Below, piece by piece: positions 53,972-64,000 of a stretch of 64,000 nucleotides of DNA. The first letter of the stretch is position 1. The number at the start of each line of letters is the position of its first letter. The translations under genes and the position numbers were made by a program. Under the pieces are notes generated by a model. It was given only the letters and a program-made list of their open reading frames with translations, did not search any database and was not told the origin of the DNA. Origin of the DNA: Candidatus Latescibacterota bacterium (GTDB lineage: Bacteria > Latescibacterota > UBA2968 > UBA8231); NCBI GenBank assembly GCA_965206595.1, contig OZ242214.1:5376001-5440000 (forward strand), read 5' to 3'.

Positions 53972-56218
53972 CTACTTCTCCCGGTCGTCCTGCAGCGGCA
54001 CCAGGCACCCTTCCATCCGGTTCCGTCGCAGCAGCACGTTCCGGCATCCTGCGTCGACCAGTATCCCGAGGTCGGAGTTCTCCACCCGGTTCCCCTCGAC
54101 CACCACGTTCTCCGTCGCCCCGTCGCTGTTCGCGCCGACAACCACTTCGATCTGCGCGTTGTTGTGGAGGTGGTTGTTGCGCAGGACGGAGCCGAAGTGC
54201 AGGCTCGGCAGGGTGCCCTCGACGCTGAGGCGCGCCGGATAAACCAGGGGATCCTCGAAACGGTAGCAGTTGCCCTCGCGGATCTCGTTGCCGAGGAACT
54301 GGAGATAGAGGTTGGGCTGGACTCCTCCCGTGTAGGAGAACCCGTAGGCGCGGAACCCGTCGCTGCGCCAGCTGCGGTTGTTGGCGACGATGTGCTCGGT
54401 GGCGGTGCCGTAGAACTGGATGGCGATGCCGGCGTCGCGGGTCTCGTTGTCGTAGAAGATGTAACGCCGGTGGGTCATGGTGACGGTGACGCGCGAGGTC
54501 TCGTCCAGCGGGACCACGAACGGCCGGTCGAGCTGCACCCGCCTCCCGTCCCATGACTTCACGGAGCGGTACTGGCCGCGCCCGCGTCCGGCGATGACGG
54601 CGACGAGGGTGTTTGTCCAGTGCCGGTGATGCCACTTCGGGTCGTCCGCCAGCAGGATCCAGTCACCCTCGACCTCGGCCACGGGGCCGAAGTACGCCCC
54701 GCCGCCGGCGTCGGAGGTGAATGCCTCCCGGTCCCAGCCGTTCATGTTCTCGTAGCTGTTGTGGGCGGTGTAGATGTTGCGGGAGACCCCCCGGGTGAAG
54801 CAGGCGTAGCCGCCTCCGGTCGCCATCAGGTCGGCGCCGGCGATGCGGTTGTGTTCGAAGACGATGTTCTCACAGCCGTTGAAATTCATCCAACCCGAGC
54901 GCCCGTTGTAGAAGATGTTGTTGGCCACCAGGGCCCCGACCGCGTAATGGAGGTAGATGGAGCGCTCGGAGCCGTACACGTCGCAGTCCGTTATGCGGAT
55001 GTCGGGGCCGCTCAGGCGGATGGTGTCGCGCGGCCCGGGAGTGCGGGCGCGCTCCTCCTGCTTGTCCGGCGAATGGTGGCCCCTGAAGGAGTCCGCCCGC
55101 ACCCGCACCCGGGTCAGGCGCACGTGGCCGGCGGTCTCCGGGTCCTCTATGGGGGCGGCCGGGGTGTGGACGGCCGCGGCCGTGTTGTTGGAGATGACGT
55201 GGTAGTGGTGGTTGCAGTAGAAGGTGAGATCCTCGATGGCGAAGTGGTGGGATCCTTCGATCCAGGCGTCGGGGGGATCGTCGGTGTCCGCCATGCAGAG
55301 GGCGGTCAGCTCGCGCCCGGCGCCGCGCAGGGTGACGTGCGGCGGGATCACCAGCTTCTCGCTGACGACGAAGCGGCCCCTGGGTATCAGCACGACAGCC
55401 CCGCCGCGTTCACCAGCCTCCTTCAGCGCCGCCTTGATGGCCGCGGTGTCGTCCTCCTTGTCGTCCCCGGCGGCCCCGAAAGCGGCCACGTCGAGCAGGG
55501 GTTGGTCCTTCTCGTCTTCCCGGTGAAGGACCGCGATGTCGAGCGGCTCGCTCCAGGCCTGCTCGCCGCCGTGGCCGTTGTGCACGAACAGCTCGTAGCG
55601 GCCCGGGGTCAGCTCTTCCGGCACCGTCACCGCCAGGGAGAAAGGCTCGGCTTTCTCCGGTTGCAGCAGCGTCACGCGCCCGTCATCGGAGCGGAGGGCG
55701 ACGGCCGGCTCCCTCTCACCCAGCTTCAGACAGCGCCCGACGATGCGCAGGCCGCCCCCGGCATGGACGGCGCCGTCCTCGAGGCGCCACTCGCCGAAAG
55801 GGGTGCGGTCGGTGACGGCGTCGCCGAGCGTCCACCAGGGCACCGGCAGGTTGATGCGCCCGGAGCCCGCGGTTCCGGCTCCGGAATGCAGGGCGTAGAA
55901 GAACACGCCCTGCTCATCCGCGGGCAGCTCGAACATCAGGGCGGTCTCGCTCGCCTGCAGCGGCTTCACCGCTTCGGGCAGGTCCCGGTCCGCGGGGAGC
56001 TTCCAGGGCCGGCCCGAAGGCTCGCCGGGTTTCTGGTCCGGAAGCCGCTCCAGCGCAACCTCCAGGTCGTCGGGCTGCGGGAAAAAGCCGCACATCATGA
56101 CGGTCTCCCCGGGCTGAACCGGGGCCGAGACCCAGTAGACCGCGGGATCTTCGGCGAGCGCCGCGGAGCCGGCCAGGGCGGAGGCAACTACGGCTGACGG
56201 GAGATACGAGGGAATCAT
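53972..56218 (-). CDS. Secreted right-handed beta-helix protein (pectate-lyase-3/GH28-related)
   Basis: Signal peptide; DVAAFGA.GD..EDDT.AI..AL...GG.V..P.G.F; Asn-ladder repeats; N-terminal Ig-like domains. Confidence 0.8.
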   Translation of the reverse strand: MIPSYLPSAVVASALAGSAALAEDPAVYWVSAPVQPGETVMMCGFFPQPDDLEVALERLPDQKPGEPSGRPWKLPADRDLPEAVKPLQASETALMFELPADEQGVFFYALHSGAGTAGSGRINLPVPWWTLGDAVTDRTPFGEWRLEDGAVHAGGGLRIVGRCLKLGEREPAVALRSDDGRVTLLQPEKAEPFSLAVTVPEELTPGRYELFVHNGHGGEQAWSEPLDIAVLHREDEKDQPLLDVAAFGAAGDDKEDDTAAIKAALKEAGERGGAVVLIPRGRFVVSEKLVIPPHVTLRGAGRELTALCMADTDDPPDAWIEGSHHFAIEDLTFYCNHHYHVISNNTAAAVHTPAAPIEDPETAGHVRLTRVRVRADSFRGHHSPDKQEERARTPGPRDTIRLSGPDIRITDCDVYGSERSIYLHYAVGALVANNIFYNGRSGWMNFNGCENIVFEHNRIAGADLMATGGGYACFTRGVSRNIYTAHNSYENMNGWDREAFTSDAGGGAYFGPVAEVEGDWILLADDPKWHHRHWTNTLVAVIAGRGRGQYRSVKSWDGRRVQLDRPFVVPLDETSRVTVTMTHRRYIFYDNETRDAGIAIQFYGTATEHIVANNRSWRSDGFRAYGFSYTGGVQPNLYLQFLGNEIREGNCYRFEDPLVYPARLSVEGTLPSLHFGSVLRNNHLHNNAQIEVVVGANSDGATENVVVEGNRVENSDLGILVDAGCRNVLLRRNRMEGCLVPLQDDREK

Positions 56219-56337
56219 TCAGGCCATCCTTTCATTCGGTAACAGCCGGGCGTCGGCGCCCGGCTGGAAACCGGAGAGCTGCGGTGGGTATCGAGGCAGG
56301 TTCGGCGAAATTGAGATCGGCCGCTCCCTGCTACCGG

Positions 56338-56466
56338 TTACAGAAGGTCCCTGGTACCGAACCGCCAGAACGCCAGCAGAAGGAAAATAACCGCGACATC
56401 GAGTGCGCAGAGCGTCAGCATCGTGCTTCCGATCCAGAGGGAAGCGCCGGAGCACGGGATAACCAT
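56338..56466 (-). pseudogene. Possible C-terminal fragment of an ABC-2-type permease
   Basis: Hydrophobic helix ending LLLAFWRFGTRDLL*; no N-terminal part, abuts the abiE promoter. Confidence 0.4.
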
Positions 56467-56551
56467 ATGTGAAAATCCGGATGGAAACGACAGGCCAGGA
56501 CAACCCTTCGAATTTGTTGCAACAACAAGACTATACTGGCATTTTACTGCC

Positions 56552-57196
56552 ATGAAATTTACGCGATTGCTCGATATCGTCGGCCACGAACCGGTCTTTG
56601 AGACCGGCCTGCTACTCTGCGGCGACGTCGATCCGGTGGATGTGCGCCGCCAGCTGTCGCGCTGGACCCGGAACGGGCAGCTCCACAAGCTGCGCCGGGG
56701 GCTGTACGCCCTGGCGCCGCCCTTCCGGAAGGTGAAACCCCATCCCTTTGTGGTTGCCAACCGCCTGGTGAGCGGTTCCTACGTGAGCTGCCAGGCGGCC
56801 CTGACCCACCACCACCTGATTCCGGAGTTCACGCCGGTGGTCACCAGCGTCTGCACCGGAAGGCCCGGCCGCCGGATTACTCCCCTGGTCCGGTGCGAAT
56901 TTCGCCACCTCGGGCATCGCCTCCTGTACGGCTACCACCAAGTCGACCTCGGAGACGGACAACAGGCTTTCGTGGCCAGCCCGGAGAAAGCCCTGCTGGA
57001 CCTCGTTCACCTGCAACCCGGGGGGGACGGGACCTCCTACCTGCAGGGATTGCGCCTGCAGAATCTTCACCTGCTGGATGCGGGTGAACTGCAGCGTCTC
57101 GCACGCCGTGTGGGAAGTCCCAAGCTCATGCGGGCGGCGGCCAACGTGGTTTCGCTGATGGAGAAGGAAGCCCTGGAGGAGTACGAGACCCTGTGA
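56552..57196 (+). CDS. Type IV TA antitoxin, AbiEi-like
   Basis: L.RW...G.L..LRRGLY wHTH, SYVS...AL..H.LIPE, ASPEKALLD. Confidence 0.85.
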   Translation: MKFTRLLDIVGHEPVFETGLLLCGDVDPVDVRRQLSRWTRNGQLHKLRRGLYALAPPFRKVKPHPFVVANRLVSGSYVSCQAALTHHHLIPEFTPVVTSVCTGRPGRRITPLVRCEFRHLGHRLLYGYHQVDLGDGQQAFVASPEKALLDLVHLQPGGDGTSYLQGLRLQNLHLLDAGELQRLARRVGSPKLMRAAANVVSLMEKEALEEYETL

Positions 57197-58005
57197 AGGA
57201 GTACCTGGTCCAGCGCGTGGCCAGCGCGCGAACCGCCGTCCACGGCCGCAACCTGGTGCGCGAGTACCTGCAGGCTCGCATCCTCGGCAGTCTCCAGCGC
57301 GCCGGAGCCATGATTTCGCTGGCCTTCCAGGGCGGCACCTCGCTGCGTTTTCTCTACTCCATTCCGCGCTACTCGGAGGACCTGGACTTCGCGCTGGAGC
57401 GCCCGCAGGCCCTCTACGATCTACGAGGGTACATGCGAGGTATCCGGACAGAGCTGGCAGCGGAAGGGTACGCCGTGGAACTGAAGGTGAACGACAGCAA
57501 GGCGGTGCATTCCGGTATCGTCCGTTTTGCCGGGCTGCTGCACGAGTTGGGGCTGTCGCCTCACCCGGGGGAGGTGCTCTCCATTCGCATCGAGGTGGAC
57601 ACCCGTCCTCCGGCCGGGGCCGTGCTGGCCACCACGTTGATCCGGCGCCACGTCACCCTGCGGCTGCAGCACCATGATCGGGCCTCGCTTCTTGCGGGGA
57701 AGCTGCACGCCGTGCTGCAGCGGCCTTACCCCAAGGGGCGCGACTTCTACGATCTTCTCTGGTACCTGAGCGATCCCGGCTGGCCGCAGCCCAACCTCGT
57801 GTTGCTCGGCAACGCCCTGGAACAGAGCGGGTGGAAGGGAAGCCTTCCGGCGGAACGCACCTGGCGGGGAATCCTCCGCGACCGGTTGAAGGCACTGGAC
57901 TGGGGGAGATTGACGGCCGATGTCGGGCCGTTCCTCGAGCCGGGCACCGGGACCGAGCTGATGAAAAGGGAAAACCTGGAGCTTGTCCTGGGCGCGGAGC
58001 CGTGA
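57193..58005 (+). CDS. AbiEii/AbiGii-family nucleotidyltransferase toxin
   Basis: REYLQ..IL, FQGGTSLR..Y...RYSEDLDF, K..A...R...KGRDFYD; GTGA overlap with the antitoxin. Confidence 0.9.
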   Translation: MKEYLVQRVASARTAVHGRNLVREYLQARILGSLQRAGAMISLAFQGGTSLRFLYSIPRYSEDLDFALERPQALYDLRGYMRGIRTELAAEGYAVELKVNDSKAVHSGIVRFAGLLHELGLSPHPGEVLSIRIEVDTRPPAGAVLATTLIRRHVTLRLQHHDRASLLAGKLHAVLQRPYPKGRDFYDLLWYLSDPGWPQPNLVLLGNALEQSGWKGSLPAERTWRGILRDRLKALDWGRLTADVGPFLEPGTGTELMKRENLELVLGAEP

Positions 58006-58096
58006 AGAAGCCGTTGCCGGCCCGTCGAGTGCAGGTTGTAAGTCTGACAGCACACGACTACGGAGACCATGGAAGGATCGGTTCCAACTGAACCGG

Positions 58097-58333
58097 TCAT
58101 CGAAACGCCGCACCGGGCTCCAGGCCAAGTATTGCCAGGCACCTCTGTGCCAGCTCATCCACACTGGCTGCATTTACATCCATACTGACCAGTCCATGCC
58201 GCCCGACTGCTTCCATCATTTGCGCGTTGTAGAGCAGGCTGCGTGCCAGAAACTTGTCCACCAGGATCCTTTCGCTGCGGGGCGGAGGCTTGTGTACGCC
58301 ACCGTTCCGAGTGCAATTAACCGGATTGGTCAT
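58097..58333 (-). pseudogene. Probable gene fragment
   Basis: C-terminal half is protein-like (DKFLARSLLYNAQMMEAVGRHGLVSMDVNAASVDELAQRCLAILGL) but the N-terminus is not credible. Confidence 0.3.
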
Positions 58334-58357
58334 CGCGGCCCTCCGCGCGTGGACGGG

Positions 58358-59434
58358 TCAGTTGCCGACGAGGTGCACGCTGCCGGAGCCGGTGTCGATG
58401 ACGATCCTGCCCCGGCCGTCGCCGATCAGACCGCGCAAATGGTTCCGGCTCACGGACCGGACCCGGACCGGTATGTCCGAATCGATGCCTCCGCTGCCAG
58501 TGTCGATCTCGATGGCCGCGCCGAAATCGGCAGGAACTGATACTGTGACCGACCCGGAACCGGTATCAACACCGAGCGTATCGACGTCGGTGAGGAGTTC
58601 GAGCTCGACCGACCCGGAGCCGGTGTCAACCGCAATGTCGGGGGACGCAACGCCCTTCAGTTTTACGCTCCCGGAGCCAGTGTCGACGATCAAACGCCGG
58701 GCCTCTACCGCGCGGGCGCTCACGCCCCCGGATCCGGTATCGAGCTCGACTTTGGCGCCTGCGGTCAGGTTCTCCACGTCGATGCTTCCCGATCCGGTAT
58801 CGACGCTCAAGTTTCCGCCCATGCCGCTGACGCGCACCTTCCCGGCGCCTGTATCGATCGCAAGGGCGCCTGACATGGCGGTGGCAGTCACGGATCCTGC
58901 TCCCATGTCGAGGTCCAGGCGGCCGTCGACCCCGCGCGCCTCGATGGCGCCTGCGCCGAGATACACCGCGGCGCGCTGCCCGACAGGCACCTCGATCACA
59001 AGGTCCGCCCAAGCCTCGATCCCATCTCCGGAACCCCAAATGGTGACGCGGTCTCCGCCCCAACCGAGCAAAGCGAAAAGGGCGGAAACCGCGTCGGGAA
59101 AGGTTCCGTCGGCGGCTACGATCAGGTTTTTGCGGGAGCCCCCGAACCCCGGATAGACGATCTCGTCTCCTGGATAAACGACCCGCAGCGTCTGGCGGCC
59201 GCGGATCTCGCCGGTCTCGACGCGCAGTCGTCCGGCGTCATTGCCGCCACGACTTACGCGAACCACGACATCGGCGCCCTCTCCGCGCACGATCTCCATG
59301 CGGCCGGCCAGGTTGTAGACAGCGACCTCCGACCCGCGGAGCCGCTCGACTTCCTGCGCCGCCAGTACCCGCGGCGGCGGCGCGAGCGCCAGCACCCCCA
59401 GCATCGTCCACAACCTCCACTTTTTCGTCGTCAT
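58358..59434 (-). CDS. DUF4097-family beta-strand repeat protein, exported
   Basis: AGGAGG RBS, ATG 59434; about nine DTGSG.V repeats; ends TGSGSVHL. Confidence 0.88.
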   Translation of the reverse strand: MTTKKWRLWTMLGVLALAPPPRVLAAQEVERLRGSEVAVYNLAGRMEIVRGEGADVVVRVSRGGNDAGRLRVETGEIRGRQTLRVVYPGDEIVYPGFGGSRKNLIVAADGTFPDAVSALFALLGWGGDRVTIWGSGDGIEAWADLVIEVPVGQRAAVYLGAGAIEARGVDGRLDLDMGAGSVTATAMSGALAIDTGAGKVRVSGMGGNLSVDTGSGSIDVENLTAGAKVELDTGSGGVSARAVEARRLIVDTGSGSVKLKGVASPDIAVDTGSGSVELELLTDVDTLGVDTGSGSVTVSVPADFGAAIEIDTGSGGIDSDIPVRVRSVSRNHLRGLIGDGRGRIVIDTGSGSVHLVGN

Positions 59435-59466
59435 CGTTTTCCTCCTTTGCGGCCGGTAGCCTGGAC

Positions 59467-61913
59467 TCACTCGTAGCGCAGACTGTCGGCCGGCGACCTC
59501 AGCGCCGCTCCGGCCGATTGCAAAGCGACCAGTAGCAGGGTCAGTGTCATTACAACACCTGTGGCGAGAAGAAAAACCCACGGAGCCAGTTCGATTCGAT
59601 AGGCGAAGCCCTCGAGCCAGCTCTGCAACGCCATGTAGCTCAGCGGCCAGCTGACGGCGCTTGCCAAGCCGAGAAGAACCGTCGATTCCGCCGCCATCAG
59701 CTTCACGACCTGAGCGGCCGTTGCCCCCAGCACCTTGCGGATCCCGATCTCCCTGGTGCGCCGGGTCACCGCCATGGTCACCTGCCCCAACAGACCAAGA
59801 CAGGTTATCACGACCACAAACCCGGCCGAAAGACCGACGATTCTCGTCCAGCGTTCTTCCTCCCTGTACTGCGCTTCCAGGTTTGCATCGAGAAAAGACC
59901 ATTCGAACGGATCTTCGGGAACCACACTGCTCCAGGCCTCCTCGAGTTCGCGCAGCACCTGCTTTACGGTCCCGGGCTGGATGCGCACGAACACATGGTA
60001 CAATCCGTGATAGGCCGGGTTCTGTGTAAGGAACAGCGGTTGAATCCTCCGATGCAGCGGGTCGAAATGGAAGTCTTTCACAACGCCGATCACGGTCGGT
60101 TGCAGCGCTTCGTTGACTTTCGAGACCGGCAGGGTGCGGCCTACTGGATCGGACCATCCCAGGATGTCCGCGAGGTGTTCATTGATGATGGCCATTTCCT
60201 CGGCGTCCGCTGCGCGCTCTGCGTCGAAGTTCCTTCCTGAGACCAGTTCCATCCCGAGGGTAGGCAGGTAGCCCGGGTCCACGCGGACAACTCTGACATG
60301 TTGAGTTGTGCCCCCATCTGCGTTCTCCAGCCCGATCGATTGGCTCCCGCTGGTGAAAGAGAGGTCACTCGCTCCTGTGCTCACTACGGAACCCAGCCCG
60401 TTGGCCGCAACCTGGAAACGCGTTGCCACATCCTCGTCCGGCACCGGCACGACGACTACGTGTTCGCGGTCGAAACCCAATTCCCTGGTGCGCAGGAATC
60501 CCACTGGCGCACTACCATCACCGAGCTGGCAATCAGCCCGATGGCCAAGCCGTACTGGAGCACCAGCATGCCCTGCATGAAACGCCAACGCCGCGGCCTG
60601 CCGTCTTGCCCCTTCAGTACCGCTACTGCTGGAGGCCGGGACAGCACCATCGCCGGATACCACCCGGCGGCCGCGCCCGTCGCCAGGAGCATCCCCAGCA
60701 GGAACGCTGGACCGCGCCAGCCTTCCAGTTGCGACATCGACAGTGGCTTCTCGACCAGCGCGGCGAAAGCAGGCAACACCATGCCTGCCACAGCGATTCC
60801 AGAAACAGCCGCCCCGAATACCAGTACCAGCGCCTCGCCCCAGAACTGTTGTATCAATTGCTTCCGCCTCGCCCCCATGACCTTGCGGATACCGATTTCC
60901 AGCGCACGACCGGCCGACGAGGCGATCGACAGGGTGGTGAAATTGATGCACGCCACCAGCAGCACCAGCACCCCCATCCCCGACAGCAAATAGGCGTAGG
61001 TCGCACTCCCCAACTCGACATAGCGGCTGCCGACACCGAGGTCGAAATGCATCTTCCCAAGAGGCTGCAAGAGGATGGTATACGTCCCCAGACGCTCGTC
61101 GGTGAAGTGGGCCTTCAATTGCCTCGACACCTCTGAGAGGACCTCGGGGGGCACAGAGGAGGGGATTCCGCTTTGAATGAGCGCAAGAAGCTGTGCCCGA
61201 ATCAGCTCGGTCATTGCATTCTCGACGCCTTGGACATCGGTTCCTTCCTCGAGTTCGACGAAGATCGAGGTCTCTCCAACGTTGTTGCGGTCGAGGAAGT
61301 AACCCGAACGATTCTCATAGGAGACGAGATAGTCGAAGCGCAGGCTCGAAGGCGCCGGAACATCCTCGACAACGCCGGTAACGACGTGGTCTCTTCCTTG
61401 CACAGAGATGGTTCGGCCGATGACGCCGGCGAGTCCAGCTCCATGCTCGCCGAAAAGTCGCGCCGCTGCGGTTCTGCTGATCACGACTGCATCCCGGCGC
61501 TCGATCACTGTAGCCGGATCACCGTGCAGGAGCGGAAAGCTGAAAACTTCGAGAAAATCCGGGCTGACCAGACCGATCTACTCGTCCAGCACCGAGTCCT
61601 TCCAGCGCACCCGCGCCGTGGAGCGAAGAAACGCCGCCACCCTGCTCACGCCGGCTACGTTCTCGGCAACTGCGGGCGTCATCGCACCAGGAAGCAGCGT
61701 GCCGGTTTTCTTTTCGCTCCCGTCCTCGAGCAGAAGCCTGTAGATCCGTTCGCCCTTCTCGTGAAAGGCGTCGTGGCGCAACTCGTGATCGACGTACAGG
61801 TAGATCAGCGTGCAGCAGGCGACCCCGATGCTCAGTCCGAACAGGTTGATGAAACTGTAGCTCTTGTGCCGCAACAGCGTGCGGAGGGCAACGAGCAGAT
61901 AGATGCGCAGCAT
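59467..61913 (-). pseudogene. MacB/FtsX-type duplicated ABC permease, disrupted
   Basis: N-terminus Y..VALR.L.RHK.YS.IN..GL.IG; in-frame TAG at 61578-61580; 1-bp frameshift at about 60503 before FLRTRELGFDRE; two EIGIRKV.GA motifs; ends SLRYE. Confidence 0.85.
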
Positions 61914-61955
61914 CCTGAATCTCCTTCGTCTAGGTTGCGTTACTCTCGAGCATGA

Positions 61956-64000
61956 CTATTCGTAGCGCAGGGCGTAGACGGGGTCGGCATTGGCGGCCCT
62001 GTAGGCCTGATGGCCGGAGCTGATCAAAACGGCGACGAGTGCAAACGCAGCGCCAGCGGTAAAATGCCACGCCGACAGGTCGATGCGTAATGCGAAGCCG
62101 TTCAGCCAATCGCGCATCCACCACCAGGACAGGGGCCACGCCACCGCGGAGCCAATCAGGGCGAGAAATGCAAACTCGCGGGTCATCAGCCCGGTGAGGC
62201 CGAGGACGCTGGCACCGAGGGCCTTGCGGATGCCGATTTCCCTGGTGCGGCGACCGGCGGCGAGGGCGGTGAGCGCAAAGGCACCAAGGGCGGAGATGAG
62301 CACGGCGCCGGCGGCCGCCCAGGTGATGAGTCGCCGCCAGCGCAGTTCGTCGCGGTAGGCCGCCTTCAGGTCCTGTTGCAGGAAGGAGAAGTGGAAGTCC
62401 GCGTGATCGACGATTCGGGTCCACGTCTCTTCCATGTAGCGGATGACCTCCTGCAGGTCTCCCGGCTTCACGCGCACGAGCATGAGGTCGGCTTCGTACA
62501 TGTCCGGCCCCAGGTAGGGGTTGAGCAGCAGCAGGCCCGGCGGGCCCTCCTCGTAGCCCGACTCGAAGGTGAAGTCCTTGACGACGCCGATGATCCGGAA
62601 CTGCCCCCGGGAGTGGCGTTCCGAGCGCGATGCGCGCACTAGCTCGATCGTCTCTCCCAAGGGGTCGGCGAGTCCCAGACGCGCCGCGGCGCTCTCGGAT
62701 ATAAGGGCGAGATGCGACTTGTCTCCCTGGTCCACCGAGAAGTCGCGGCCTCGCAGCAGCTCCAGGTCCATGGTCTGCACGAAGTGGTGGTCCACCACGT
62801 AGTGACGGACCTTCGTCTCGCGGCCGCTCCCGGCCACGGCCAGGCGGTCGCTCCGGTGCCGATCCTGCAGGAAGTCGTCGTCCACCAGGGTGACCGAGGC
62901 GATGCGGTGATGCCGCAGAAAGTCCTCCACGAGGGCGGGATGGTCGGGGTACATGTCGTAGAGAGCGTCCGTGTGCACGGCGATGACCCGCTCCTGGTCC
63001 ATCCCCACGTCTCGCGCCATGACGTGCTCGAGCTGGTGGTACATGACCACGGTGCAGGTGATCAGGCCCGCGGAGATGGCCAGCTGCGCACAGACGAGCA
63101 CGCGGCTGAACCGCGGCGTTCCGGCCATGGAGACGCTTCGCCGGATCGCGCTCAGGGGCGCCAGCCGGGAGAGGACGAGGGCCGGATACCAGCCGGCCCC
63201 CAGGCTGACGAGCAGCAGCAGCGCCGCCAGCGCGGCCAGCATGCCCGGTTCGAGCAGGCCGAGGGAAAGCTCCTGGGCAAAGGTGGCGTTGAAGGCCGGC
63301 AGCAGCAGCGCCGCCAGCACGCACCCGGCACCGAGTCCGAGGACGGAGAGCACCCAAGACTCGCCGATGAACTGGCGGATCAGTTGGTCCCGTCCGGCGC
63401 CCACGGCCTTGCGCACGCCCACCTCGGGGGCCCGCTGAGAGGCGCGGCCGATGGCGAGGTTGACGAAGTTGATGCACCCCATCAGCAGGACCGCCAGGGC
63501 GATGCCGCCGAGCACGTAGGAGACGTACGGGTCCCTCGGTTCCACGACGCCGTGCCCGACCCATCGAAGCAGGCCCGTGTCCGAGCGCAGGTCGGTGAGG
63601 GGCTGCAGATGGAAGAGGGAGAAGTCCTCCGGGCTCTCCCCTCCTCCGGGCGGGAACAGGTTCCGGGTCACCTGCGCCAGGGCGGGCGCCACGTCGGCGG
63701 GGTCGGCGCCGGCCGCGAGCAGGACATAGGCATTGCAGGAGCCTTCCCACGCGTCCGGGGAGTCGTGGTAGAGAAGCTCCGTGTTGTCGAAGGGCAGCAG
63801 CATGTTGAAGCGGATCGACGAGGTCCGCGGGACCGGCGCGGCCACCCCGGTGACGATGAAGTCCTCCACATCGGCGGTGGCCATCGAGGCGATCGTCAGG
63901 CTCCGCCCCAGCGGATCGGCGTCACCGAAGAGGCGTTGAGCCATCTCGTGTCCCAGGACGACGGAGTTGCGCTCGGCCAGGGCCGTGGAGGCGTTCCCCC
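61956..64000 (-). CDS. MacB/FtsX-type duplicated ABC permease (5'-truncated by window edge)
   Basis: CINFVNL, EVGVRKAVGA, IIGVVKDF, EIGIRKALGA, ANADPVYALRYE. Confidence 0.92.
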   Translation of the reverse strand, partial: GNASTALAERNSVVLGHEMAQRLFGDADPLGRSLTIASMATADVEDFIVTGVAAPVPRTSSIRFNMLLPFDNTELLYHDSPDAWEGSCNAYVLLAAGADPADVAPALAQVTRNLFPPGGGESPEDFSLFHLQPLTDLRSDTGLLRWVGHGVVEPRDPYVSYVLGGIALAVLLMGCINFVNLAIGRASQRAPEVGVRKAVGAGRDQLIRQFIGESWVLSVLGLGAGCVLAALLLPAFNATFAQELSLGLLEPGMLAALAALLLLVSLGAGWYPALVLSRLAPLSAIRRSVSMAGTPRFSRVLVCAQLAISAGLITCTVVMYHQLEHVMARDVGMDQERVIAVHTDALYDMYPDHPALVEDFLRHHRIASVTLVDDDFLQDRHRSDRLAVAGSGRETKVRHYVVDHHFVQTMDLELLRGRDFSVDQGDKSHLALISESAAARLGLADPLGETIELVRASRSERHSRGQFRIIGVVKDFTFESGYEEGPPGLLLLNPYLGPDMYEADLMLVRVKPGDLQEVIRYMEETWTRIVDHADFHFSFLQQDLKAAYRDELRWRRLITWAAAGAVLISALGAFALTALAAGRRTREIGIRKALGASVLGLTGLMTREFAFLALIGSAVAWPLSWWWMRDWLNGFALRIDLSAWHFTAGAAFALVAVLISSGHQAYRAANADPVYALRYE

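Noticed and set aside
58390-58960. Regularly spaced repeats resembling a CRISPR array
   Set aside because: Degenerate coding repeats (DTGSG) of the DUF4097 protein; no cas genes or identical repeats seen in the window.
61578-61580. Amber recoding (pyrrolysine or readthrough) in the permease
   Set aside because: The same gene also has a frameshift, TAG ends several normal genes here, and no pyl genes are visible.

Overview
GC-rich bacterial chromosomal window, mostly housekeeping genes on the minus strand: icd (5'-partial), moaC, argF-like, nrnA, surA/ppiC, mfd, tRNA-Ala(GGC), fmt, yajC, tgt, purC, secA, nusB, the ribD-ribE-ribBA-ribH cluster, ftsY, queG, rseP, cdsA, uppS, dusB and ino1. PorV/PorQ-like barrels, a FlgD-Ig-type C-terminal domain, a long SecA and tandem MacB/FtsX permeases suggest an FCB-group lineage such as Latescibacterota or Gemmatimonadota (inference, not tested). 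Accessory or decaying parts are a complete IS1182-like element (IRs and target duplication visible) inside a ruined ECF-sigma locus, and an AbiEi/AbiEii module flanked by gene scraps, near a beta-helix enzyme and a doubly disrupted permease. The three most interesting items are: (1) an unannotated, G-U-rich structured RNA candidate directly downstream of ftsY; (2) a translationally coupled 7-gene envelope module (PHP, Asp-box propeller with CTD, two PorV-like barrels, site-2 protease, two paralogous lipoproteins); (3) a SpoIVB/S55 protease plus propeller pair coupled to a riboflavin cluster whose RibBA has degenerate catalytic motifs. All calls rest on motif recognition by eye; no database searches were run.
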